Shown here: piece by piece, positions 1-9,862 of the stretch
How positions within the stretch are numbered: the stretch's first letter is position 1
Layout: the number at the start of each line of letters is the position of its first letter
Source: Hyaloraphidium curvatum SAG 235-1
Lineage: Eukaryota > Fungi > Monoblepharomycota
Direction: 5' to 3'
NCBI GenBank assembly: GCA_025558095.1
Contig: JAIVFI010000013.1
Span: forward strand, 682,001 to 746,000
Length of the DNA: 64,000 nt
Translations under genes and position numbers: made by a program
The notes under the pieces: generated by a model
Told to the model about the DNA's origin: nothing
The model's input: the letters and a program-made list of their open reading frames with translations, nothing else
Databases searched by the model: none

Positions 1-624
1 CCGCTCGCTTCCCTGCGCGGCAGCACGGGGCACCTCTGCCGGGCCGCCCTGCAATCCGCCGTCGCGATCGCACGCCGCGAGGCCCAAACCGCGCTGCTCG
101 CCTCGACCGCGTGCTTCTGCCACCCGGACTGCACCTGCCCGATGCCGGCCGTCCGCGCCGTCGCCGCCGCCGCGATCTGCCCGCCCGACGCCGACGGCCC
201 CGCGATCGCCGACTTTGCCGGCGTCCTGGTCTGCGCTTCCCCGTCTTCGCGGCGGCGGAATGCCAGCGGACCGCATGGGGCGCGGTCAGGGCGTTCCTCC
301 CGTGCGCGGGGGAGATGCTCGTCGACGGGCGGGTCTGGTGCCCTTGCGGCGAAGGCTGCTTCCCCTTCGCGCGGCTCTGCTGGAATCCGGCCTGCGGGAA
401 CGGAACCGCCGCCACGAAGCGGTGCACGAGGTGCGGGACGGCGGAGTACTGCAGGTAGGGCTTATTCTCACGGCTCGTTCCTCGGCCGACGCCTCGACAC
501 GCCGTGGGCCAGCGCCAGGTGCCAGCGGGAGGATTGGGCGATGCACAAGCCGACTTCCACGGAAGTTGTTCTCTCCCGGGCCGCTACCGGCAGCGCCAAA
601 GAGCCCATCGAGAGCGGGGGATGA
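1..624 (+). pseudogene. MYND zinc-finger gene, 5' end outside window, probably frameshifted
   Basis: CWNPAC...KRCTRCGTAEYC, then intron 455-512, then SARCQREDWAMHKPTS: MYND pattern with the last Cys replaced by Ser. The upstream Cys-rich frame (CFCHPDC...VLVCA) joins the MYND frame only through a frameshift near 235-245. Confidence 0.6.
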
Positions 625-1067
625 GTGCACATGAGGGAGCTTGAACGACTGGAGACTGTGCGGCGGGGATCACGAGACACAAAGGGGCGAATAAATAGCG
701 AAGAATAGCTGCCATTCGAAAGGCTCGGCTTCCGATTCGGGGTGCTTTGTTGCTCCGTTTGGGAAGTGGGAGTGCGTGGCGAGTCCCCGCTTGCCAGCGC
801 CTGGACCCTCGATCGTGTCCGCTTCTCCGCCCTCTCTTGGAGCTCTGCAGGCCGACCATCCGGCCATGAGACCACGGAATCATAAAGGTCGTCTACGTGG
901 CAGCAGCATCCGACATGACGATTGCGCCGGCTTGCATTGGATGCTCCGGGTATCGGGGTTATTGGGATCGGCGTCGGATGGGAGGCGATCGATCCCAGCC
1001 CGCCGACATTCAGGCGTTCGCCGCCCTGCCGCACCGAAATCCGCGCGCCTTGCAGGAGCACCAGACA

Positions 1068-1424
1068 ATGCCGGCCATGGCCTCCGCTGCGTTCGACGTC
1101 TTCTCCGCCCCCCGCTCCCCCGTGCCGCGCCGCGCGAGCCTGCCCGCCGTCCTCCCGCTCCCCGCCGCGCTCCCCCGCTTCCTCGCCGAGCGTAGCCTGC
1201 CCTCCGCTCCGCCCGGCTTGGACATCCCGCGCCGCGCGGCGCCGCCGCCGAGGCGCGTGCGGTTCATGGAGGTCGTGCTGGTCCGGTGGACGTGGCACCC
1301 GGAGGACTACGACCGCACGCCGGGGGAGGACTCGTTCGAGTCGTTTTTCGGGTGGGCGCCGCATGCGGGTGCCGGACAGAATGCGACGGGGGAGGGCGAG
1401 CCGGAGCTGCTCGGCTCGCGGTGA
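1068..1424 (+). CDS. Small putative PP1-binding protein (RVxF plus EDYDR motif)
   Basis: Single-exon ORF with RRVRFMEVVLVRWTWHPEDYDRT, the layout of spinophilin/Phactr/Bni4-type PP1-docking segments. Confidence 0.6.
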   Translation: MPAMASAAFDVFSAPRSPVPRRASLPAVLPLPAALPRFLAERSLPSAPPGLDIPRRAAPPPRRVRFMEVVLVRWTWHPEDYDRTPGEDSFESFFGWAPHAGAGQNATGEGEPELLGSR

Positions 1425-1836
1425 GCGCCCGAGTGGGGCCTGCCGACCTTGCCGAGCCGTGGGCCACGACCTGCACGGAACTTGAACTGCCACCTGGAGA
1501 GGATTGTCACCGCACCTAATGGGCACTGCTGTAGCATGGAAGATTGTTTTCTCGGGGGAAGCGAATGGAAAGGAGTATATGTGAGGAGTATAGATGCCCA
1601 CGAGGCGAACTGTACCATCTGATCCAACGACCATGAACGCGCATTGCTGCTACAGTTCTAGCAAGTCCCTGTGCAGTTGTCAGTTGTCTAGAAAGACCGA
1701 TTGTGCCCGTCGATCTTGGCGGACTCGAGCCAGCACCGAAAAATGAAGAAATTCTGTCTTCGAGAATAGGCAGATGACGATCGGCTGCCAAGAAAACCGA
1801 ATCGCCTCCAAACCCGCCGCTCTTTCCACCTTCGCG

Positions 1837-2244
1837 GTGCCCAACACCAGCGGAAGGCCCGTCAGGCCCGTCGACGGGATCTGCGCGACAGGCCTGGACG
1901 AAGTGCGCCGCCTCGTCTGCGGCCGCTGCAAGCTCGCCCAGCCCTGCTCCCGCGAGTGCCAAGTCGCGCGTTGGGACGCGTACAAAGAAAAATGCGACCC
2001 CGCTGCTCTGGACACGCCAGTGCTTGTGGTGTCCGGCTCGGCAGAATCCGGCTCGTGGCGCAGCGGCCCAGCCCCACGCCGACAGTTCTCGGCGCCCGAC
2101 CCACAATCCAATCCGGACTCAGTGAGACGGCGGACTTGTTGTCGAGCTAGGTTGTTCTGTCGGCGAAGCACTGCTCTTCGGGGCCGTCCGTGTGTTCGGC
2201 GGGATGGGGTTGATCTTGGCGCGCATGGGGCCGGGGGGATCTAG
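1837..2244 (+). pseudogene. Degenerate MYND-family relic
   Basis: PVRPVDGICATG...CGRCKLAQPCSRECQVARWDAYKEKC: MYND with lost ligands and no ATG. Its N-terminus matches the relics at 6541 and 7012. Confidence 0.55.
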
Positions 2245-2393
2245 ACTCGCACGGACCGCGGAGGGGGCTGAGCTGCTTCACGCAACGCCGCCCGTCAGAC
2301 TTTCCACACCACGCCCCCGGCAGTACCCAGCTGGGCCGGGGCCGGCAGCCGACCAAAAGGCGCGGCGGAAGCCGCCGGCCGCCCACCGCAACC

Positions 2394-5300
2394 ATGGCCC
2401 TCCGCCGCATCCGCACCGTTGCCGCCCTCGCGGTGCTGCTCGGTTTGCTCCTCGCGGCGTCCGCGCTGCCCTCCGCCGCGGCGCCCGTGCGCCGCGCTAT
2501 CCAGCCGCCGTCGGGCACCGCGACCGTCGGCCTCGTCGCGGCGGGCTGCAACGGCTCCCCGGCGGCGCCGGCGTGCCCGCCCGGCAGCCTCGTGCGCGTC
2601 GCCGCGCTGACGTACGGCACGACCGCCGAAATCACCGGCGCCGGCCTGTGCGGCGGCCCGATCGCCCCGCCGACGCCGCCGTGCGCCCTGACGCCGCACG
2701 ACCAGGCCGCCGCCACCGCGCTGGCCGCGCAGCGCTGCGACGGCATGCAGGCCTGCTCCGTGGCGCCCGCGGACGTGCTCGCCCTGTTCGGCGACCCGTG
2801 CCTCGGCACCGCCAAGCTGCTGACCATCGGATACTCGTGTCTGGACGCCGTGCTGAGCCCGCCCACGCCGGCCACGCAGCCGCCGCCAGGCGACCTCTAT
2901 CTGCGCAGGCCGTCGGCCTTTGCCGCCCCCAAGTGCCCCGCATATGCCGCCGGCGTCGCCGCGGCCTCCGAGGCAGGCATCTTCTGGTCGAGCGTCGTCG
3001 CGGGCAGCGCCAGCTTCATCCGTGTGTCGGCCGTGTACGTCGATCTGAACGCGACGGACCTGCCCGGCCTGGTGCAGGCTGCGACCAAGGGCATCTTCAC
3101 CATCGACGACGTGGTCGAGCTCAACATCACCGCCGTCAACTTCCAGCTCCTGCCCGGCGCCGTCGTCGCCATCGGCAAAAACAACCCCGGGTTCACCCGC
3201 GTTCGGATCAGCGCCGTCAATGTCGTTGCCAGCAGCACGGGCGAGCTCGACGTGTACTCCCGCGGGCCGGATGCCTCAGGCCGTTTGGGACCTGACGTCG
3301 TTCTGTCTGCCGCGAACGTGTTCGGTGCCCTGCAGATTCGCCAGAACGGCCTCACTGCGCGTCACCCGCGCGTCTCGACGACTCCCCTGGTGGCTACCAT
3401 CCCGTTGTATTTCGACAGCGGAAACGCTGCCGACAAGGCGTCGCAGTGCGACGTGACGACATACTACACGGATCCTGGCTTGTTTGGCGAACTCCTGCCT
3501 GCCGACTGCGCGGGCGGGCAGCAGCCCTCGGATGACGTCTTCCAGCCTTACTGCAGGACAAACAACCTTGATGGCAGGAAGACGACGTGCATCTCTTTCT
3601 TGAACCCGAACGGTCCCGGCCAACCACCCACCTGGTGCCTTGCATTCCTTGCGAACGTCTCGGCATCTGCCTACTACGGAAACGCGATGCTGGCGACGAA
3701 GCAGAACGACTCGTGGCAGTTCGACGTAAACACGGACCGGTTTACATGGCCAGCTTATTATGTGCCCTGGGTGGACAACCTGTCGCTTCCGGCAAAGACG
3801 GTCCCACATGGTCGCGTGGCGACGTCGGCGGCGTACTTCTTCGATGAGACTGGCGATCCGAGCTCGTCCGCAGGGACAGCGACGTGGGGCACGAATCCTG
3901 CAGGGGTGTTTTCGACCGCCGACTGTGGGTTGTGGTTCACAAGGTGCGATCCGCAACTCACTGCCGTCTCTTTCGCAGATACGATTGCGCTCGCGACGTA
4001 TCCTTCGACCTCCTACCTCATGCGGCTCAGCCTGGCCTCCCAAACCCCCGACCTATCCTATTCGGGCCTCCTTGGGATCAGCGCGCGGTGGCAGCAGGCG
4101 AACCCGCCGCAGCCGTCCAACTGGTCGGACGTGATGGATGCGACGTGCTCGTGGCAGGGCGTACCCTACAGCGCTCTTCAGGGCTCCATCTCGCACACCC
4201 CCTCGGCCGCCTCCCCTTCGACGTTCCCGGGTCTGGACCCGACCGCGGCCCGCCTGGCTCTCAACTGCCTCGAGGAGATGGTCGCCGCCTCCCGCTTCGC
4301 CGACGCATCGGCCTTTGCCGCCGATCTCGCCCCGGCGTTCGGCCCCGGCTCGGGGTCCTCCCGCTCCCTCGGCGCCTCCCTCGCCCGCATCGCCGCCCGC
4401 ACCGCCGACCTCCGCACGGATCGCACCTCGCCGGCCGTCCGCACCGTGCCGTTCCTCTCCGGGACCACCATCGAAGGCGAGGCCGGCGCGGTGCTGGACT
4501 CGCTGGTCGCATCGGAGGCGGCGTTGGACGCGCTCATGCAGGAGGGGGTGGAGTACGAGACCGCCGTGGACGGGGTCGGGAGCACCGTGGCGGTTTTGGA
4601 CGCGCAGGTGTTGGCGGATGCGGATGCACTGCTCGCCGACGCGAAGTTTGTGGCCTCGATGGGCGCCGTGGCCGCGAAGCTCAACGCGACCTACCTGGAG
4701 GACATCGCGCGGAGCAACGCGACGCTCAAGGCGTTCGAGGCGGGGGTGAAGAAGAAGATATCGGAAGAGGTCGGCGAGGCAGTTTTTCAGCTCTTTGCCA
4801 GCGTCGTGGCGCTGGTAGTCGGCGACGTCGCGGCAATCGCCGGAATGGCGGCCGCTGCCGAGGGGGCGGTGGGCGGCGTCATCAAGGAGGCGGACAAGGT
4901 GGTCAGCTTGCTGAGCAACGTCGCCAACCTCGTCAACAGCATCTTCACGCTCATCAACGTGGGTGGCAGGGCGCGCGGGTACCGCCGCGGCTTTCTGACC
5001 TGGCGCCGGCAGAACATCCTGGTCTTCGTCAACCAGATCGAGAACCTCCCGGACAATCCCAACGTCTCCGTGACCCCGCAGCTTGCGAGCGGCTTCCAGA
5101 ACAACACCCAGGCCCTCGTCTCACTCTCCGTCGCCGCGCTCAACTTCAAGGACCTGCACGACGAAGTGTTCATCGCGCTCAGTCCCGCCATCGCAATGGG
5201 CATCGACAATGCAACCGACTACGCCGAAGCTCTCGCCTCGGTCGCCAACAGCGGCTTCGACTGGGCCCAGGCCCAGATCCAGCTCCTCTCGGCGCAGACA

Positions 5301-6261
5301 AAGTACGTGCAGGACGGGCTCAAGCTGCAGGCGGCACAGGCGCAGCGCGACAAGGTTGCGACGGTGCTGGCGAGGCTCCGGGCCCAGGAGGGCTCGCTCG
5401 ACCTGCCCGCGGCCGTGACGGAGGGGTATCTGGACCTGCTGGACGGCAAGATGCGCGCCTTGGAGCTGTTCGACCAGGCTTGCGACGCCTACTCGTTCGC
5501 CTACACGGCGGAGTGCCCCCTGCGCGCGTCGGGCATGGCGCCGAACCCGACCTCGCCGGCAGCCGTGTTCAAGGCTGCGGTGCAGGGGTCCCTGGCGAGC
5601 CTGGACGACGTGTTTCACGGGTCGAGCTGCTTTTGCAACGCGAGCTTCGTGGTCACGGATCCGGGTTTCATCGGCAACCTGACGGCCCGCCAAGGAGAGG
5701 CGGTGCTGGACCTGAGCGACATCACAAACCCGCAGCTGTTCAACTTCTTCGGGCCTTTCGACGACGTTCACATTTACCAGCTCAACGTGGGTGCCGGAAA
5801 CGTGATGTTGCAGCGGCATGTGATGACGCGGAATACCCCGCCAGTTGAAGCCGTACGGCATCGTCCCGATCGATCCCCCGCCGGACACCACACCCACCCT
5901 GACCCTGGACATCCGCCCGGTGGGCCTCTTCACCAACACCTTCTCCTACTCCGGCGGCTGGTACGAGCGCCAGTTTCTCGCGCGCCCGTATGGCATTTCA
6001 GTCCAGATGGAGCCCACCAACGCGTGGACGGTGATTACGCCCGGCACCCTCTCGGGGCTCGAGGCGGGCAAGGTGTACGCGCCGTCGCCTTACGCTCGGT
6101 GGTCGGTCCGGGAGAGCAAGGAGGGTGTGGCGTGGGACTGGGGCGGGGTGTGGGGCGTGCAGGTGGAGATGTGGGGGAAGCACGCGAAGAGGCACTCGCT
6201 CAGCACGGGAGGGGCAGCGCCACCGTCTGCGCTTCAGTACTGCGGGTGCCCTGGGTCATAA
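2394..6261 (+). CDS. Large secreted protein: signal peptide, SUEL/rhamnose-binding lectin domain, long helical region with hydrophobic hairpin, beta-rich C-terminus (pore-forming-toxin-like)
   Basis: Signal peptide MALRRIRTVAALAVLLGLLLAASA. SUEL pattern CPPG...TYG...C...RCDGMQACSV...FGDPCLGTAKLL..YSC. Introns 4959-5012 (in frame) and 5787-5844, the second joining to LKPYGIVP...YAPSPYARWSV...CPGS*. Confidence 0.8.
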
Positions 6262-6540
6262 AGGCCTCGGGAAGGCAAAGGCGGGAATGTCGCCCGCGGT
6301 GTGGTGTTGTAGAACGCCAGCGTGCAGTAGACCCGCTCGTGCATTGAACATGCGCTCAAAGGTGCTGTATCTGACGGATAGTTCCTCCAGACAGCCCCTG
6401 CACTGTCCATGAAAAGACGAAAGATCCGGACTAGAGCAGGCACCAGAGTTGGGCGATCGGTATCTGCGCGAAGGAATCCCAAAATCGCCACCCCCGGAAG
6501 CGTCCTCGATCAAAGCGAGCGGCACTTTTCCCCCCTAATC

Positions 6541-6787
6541 ATGCCCGCAACGAGCTACGAGCCTGTCAGGCCCGTCCACGATCCGACGTGCAGTGGGACC
6601 AAGAGGCACGCTTCCGTCTTGGGAAAGCCACTAGCAAATGAGAAACGGCGAAATCGAGGCCAGGTACGACGGCTCTGACTACATGGCGAGGGAAACGACG
6701 AGGAAAGATGCAACGGAGACAAGGAGGATCATGGCGGAGCGCCTGGGGATGGAGGATGCGATTAAGAAGATCTACAAGAAGAAGTAG
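6541..6787 (+). pseudogene. Internally deleted MYND-family relic
   Basis: Starts MPATSYEPVRPVHD and ends IMAERLGMEDAIKKIYKKK*, matching both ends of the 7012-7495 copy with the middle missing. Confidence 0.55.
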
Positions 6788-7011
6788 TTCCACGGCAGCG
6801 GAAGGACTGCCACGATTTCGGGCGAAGGTTAAAGCTCGTTACGTTACACGGGAAACTCATGCGGACCTTTTTCCAGAAGCACAGATCTGTCTTGCTCCTC
6901 ATTCTCGCGGAGGCGAGTGACACGCGTCGATCGACAAGTCGCTTTGGTCGGACAAAGCAAACCAACGAGGCCTTCCTACTCCCCGGCAGTTCCCGATTTT
7001 CTTACCGCACG

Positions 7012-7495
7012 ATGCCTCCGACATCGAACGAGTCCGTCAAGCCCACTCACGGGATCTGCGAGCGCTGCCGCGCGACCGGGCTCGAAAAGGTGGGCCTCAT
7101 CCTTTGCGGACGCCGCAAGCTCGCCCAGTCCTGTTCGGTGCGTTTCACAGATCTGTCGATGACCCCTTTTGATCTCTGACTTTCCGTCTCCGTATCGCTC
7201 GCAGGCCCCTTCGGCTACTCCGAGTTTGGCGCTCTCCTCTACGAAGCCAAGGAAGCGGAGCGCTTCTTCACGCCCTGGCATCAGACGGCCACGGATGCCG
7301 ACCGGCAGCGAGCCGACGCGGCGTTCCAGAGCAACCTGCAGTCCCAACTGCGAGCATGGATCCCTCGCAGCTCCTCAAGCAGCTGGAAATTGGGGACAAC
7401 GTCACCGCAAGATGGCCAAGGACATCAAGATGAAGGTCGCGGAGAGTCTGGGTATGGAGGACGCGATGACGAAGGCCAGCCGCAAGAAGAAGTAG
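7012..7495 (+). pseudogene. Degenerate MYND-family relic
   Basis: MPPTSNESVKPTHGICERC...LCGRRKLAQSCS, then an intron-like GTGCGT...CGCAG, ending VAESLGMEDAMTKASRKKK*. Zinc ligands are lost. Confidence 0.55.
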
Positions 7496-7577
7496 CAGGG
7501 GCTGGATCGGGCCATCGAAAATCAGATCTAGCAGGGAACGAAGGCATCGTAGCATTGCAGGACTTGGCAGAACAGAA

Positions 7578-8520
7578 TCATTTGCTACCCTTTGAAAACA
7601 CGTCGGCGCCAAAGGCAAGCAGAGCCGCGTCGAATTCGGTCGGCCTTTCCCACATCGGTGAGTGTCCGGCACCTTCGATGGCGACGACGCGGTGCTGCCA
7701 CGCCGTGGGCATGCCGCCCACGACGGACTCGAGAAACTCGGACTTGACGAGCTTTTCCTTGGCACCGTGCATGAGCAGGAACGGGACCTTTGTCGAGGCC
7801 AGAATCGCGAGCTCGTCGTCCTCCGAGGTAGGAATGGACGCCGATAGCACCCGGGCAAAGTTGGGGTCACGGCGAAGGCAGTCCCGAACAGCCCACTGGC
7901 AACGACCGGCTGTGAGCGGTTCGTCTGAAGCGGAACTCCCGCTTGCGTACCTCTTCGATTGGGGTTCCTTCAGCGTACTGGCCCCTTGCCCGGGCCTCGG
8001 CTTCCTCCCGCGTGTACTTTTCCGGCTTGAACAAGACGCCCATGTTGGGGTCGTTCATGTCGAATCTGACGGAAAAATCCATAGCCTTGTCCAAGGGGGG
8101 CGTGCCCACGCACCCGGCGCCCGCGAGAGCCATCTTCGGCAGCGCCCGGATCACAATGTGGCCGCCCAAAGAGTGACCAAACACAATCGTCTGCTGCGGG
8201 TCCAGGCCGAGGGCAGGGATCAGCGCGGCCAGCCAGTCGCGGAACCCCCCGAGGGAATAAACCGCGTCCGGCCCGTCCGGAGAGTCGCCGTGGCCAGGCA
8301 GATCGGGAGCGTAGACGTTGAACTTTTGGGCTAACGCAGACAAGTCCTTGTCCAGCTGTTTGGAAAACAGCTTCGCCGACAGCGAGTTGCCGTGTATCAG
8401 GACGACGTTGGGGCGACCGGCGGCGTTCGACGGGGCTTCGAAAACAGCGATTCGAACGACTGTCGCATCGTCCAGAGGGACTTCCACAAAGCGCGGCGTC
8501 GGCATCGGTGGGGTAGCCAT
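7578..8520 (-). CDS. Alpha/beta hydrolase
   Basis: Motifs LIHGNS, DLPGHGDS, nucleophile GHSLGG and C-terminal GAGHSPMWERP. One GT-AG intron (~7897-7950) joins the two ORFs. Confidence 0.9.
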
Positions 8521-8620
8521 GCTTGATCCCCGGCGAGTGTCTCCCGGACGGGTCCCCAAAGGGTTGGCCGCGTCCCGCCACCGCCACGAATCGAATCGCT
8601 CGGTTCTTGATTATCCGCGA

Positions 8621-9664
8621 ATGCCGGGCAGCCGCGACGCGTCTCCTCCCGCCGGCCGCCTCCGCGTGGACTCGCTGCGCGCCGGCCTCGTCGAGAGCGC
8701 GCACGACGTGACCGTGGCCGTCGTCGACGCGTCGGGCCGCCTCATCGCATCTTCCAACGATCCGTCGCTGAAAACCTTCTGGCGCTCGAGCTGCAAGTTC
8801 TTCCAGGCTATGCCTATGGTCGAGGCCGGCGCCGCAGACCGTTTCGGTCTCTCGCAGGCCGCCCTCGCGCTCGCGTGCGCATCGCACTCCTCCGAGCGCG
8901 AACACCTGGAGGTCTGCGACGAAATGCTCGCCGCTTGTGGCTGCCGGGACTCGGACCTTGCCTGTGGGCCGCACGTGCCGCTGGCCCCGGACGTGGCCGA
9001 AAAGGTCGCCGGCGAAGGCATCAACCTTACGCCGAGGTGGTCAAACTGCTCAGGCAAGCACGCGGCTATGCTTGCTTATTGCAGGCACGTTGGGTGGCCC
9101 GTGGAAGGGTACGAATTGCCGGACCACCCGTTGCAGCAGCGCTTGCTGGACGAGGTCGCCGAATGGACCAGTATCCCGCGCGACGAACTCCCCATCGGGG
9201 TGGATGGTTGCGCTCTGCCGACCTACTTTCTCCCGGTTCGGGCCATGGCACTCGCTTATGCGAGGTTCGGTGCGTCGTCGCTCCCTCAAGCCGTGCGCCT
9301 CCGCAACGCCGTCGCAGCCCACCCGCTCATGATTGCCGGGCGCAACAGACTCTGCACGGATCTTGCGGCCGCGAGCAAAGGTGCCGTGCTGGCCAAGATC
9401 GGTGCGGAAGGACTCTACGGCGCGACGATACCTTCCGCCGGCCTCGGCATCGCGCTCAAGATCAACGACGGTGATTTCCGGTGTGCGCCCGTTGCCCTCG
9501 TGGCTGTTTTGAAGGCGCTCGCTGATCGTGGTACTGTCGACGGGCTCGCGGAAATCGTGGCCCACCCGGAGGTGGCCAAGTACGCCGAGATTCCGCTGCC
9601 CAATACCCGTGGGTTTGCAGCAGGAGCACTCCTATCCTCTGGGACTCTGAGATTCGAGAGCTGA
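8621..9664 (+). CDS. Class 3 (Rhizobium etli-type, asparaginase II family) L-asparaginase, intronless
   Basis: Motifs RSSCK, ASHSSE, NCSGKH, VDGCALP, KIGAEG, LKINDG. Confidence 0.9.
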   Translation: MPGSRDASPPAGRLRVDSLRAGLVESAHDVTVAVVDASGRLIASSNDPSLKTFWRSSCKFFQAMPMVEAGAADRFGLSQAALALACASHSSEREHLEVCDEMLAACGCRDSDLACGPHVPLAPDVAEKVAGEGINLTPRWSNCSGKHAAMLAYCRHVGWPVEGYELPDHPLQQRLLDEVAEWTSIPRDELPIGVDGCALPTYFLPVRAMALAYARFGASSLPQAVRLRNAVAAHPLMIAGRNRLCTDLAAASKGAVLAKIGAEGLYGATIPSAGLGIALKINDGDFRCAPVALVAVLKALADRGTVDGLAEIVAHPEVAKYAEIPLPNTRGFAAGALLSSGTLRFES

Positions 9665-9862
9665 CGGTGCCTTTGGGATCGATGCCGGACCTCGGGGGAG
9701 TCGATGGATCGTCGCGGCACGAGCGGTAGCTGGTCAACAACATGCTAGCAACGCTGGCTTGCGCGAGATACCTTCGATTGCAGCAATCTTGTTGCTAGCC
9801 AAGTCTGCGACGATTAGATCGGCGTTCGGATTGCATGGTCCTTAGCTAGTAATTGCGTCCCC

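Noticed and set aside
1480-1620. OTU-like fragment LERIVTAPNGHCC
   Set aside because: Too short, interrupted by stops, with no further OTU motifs.
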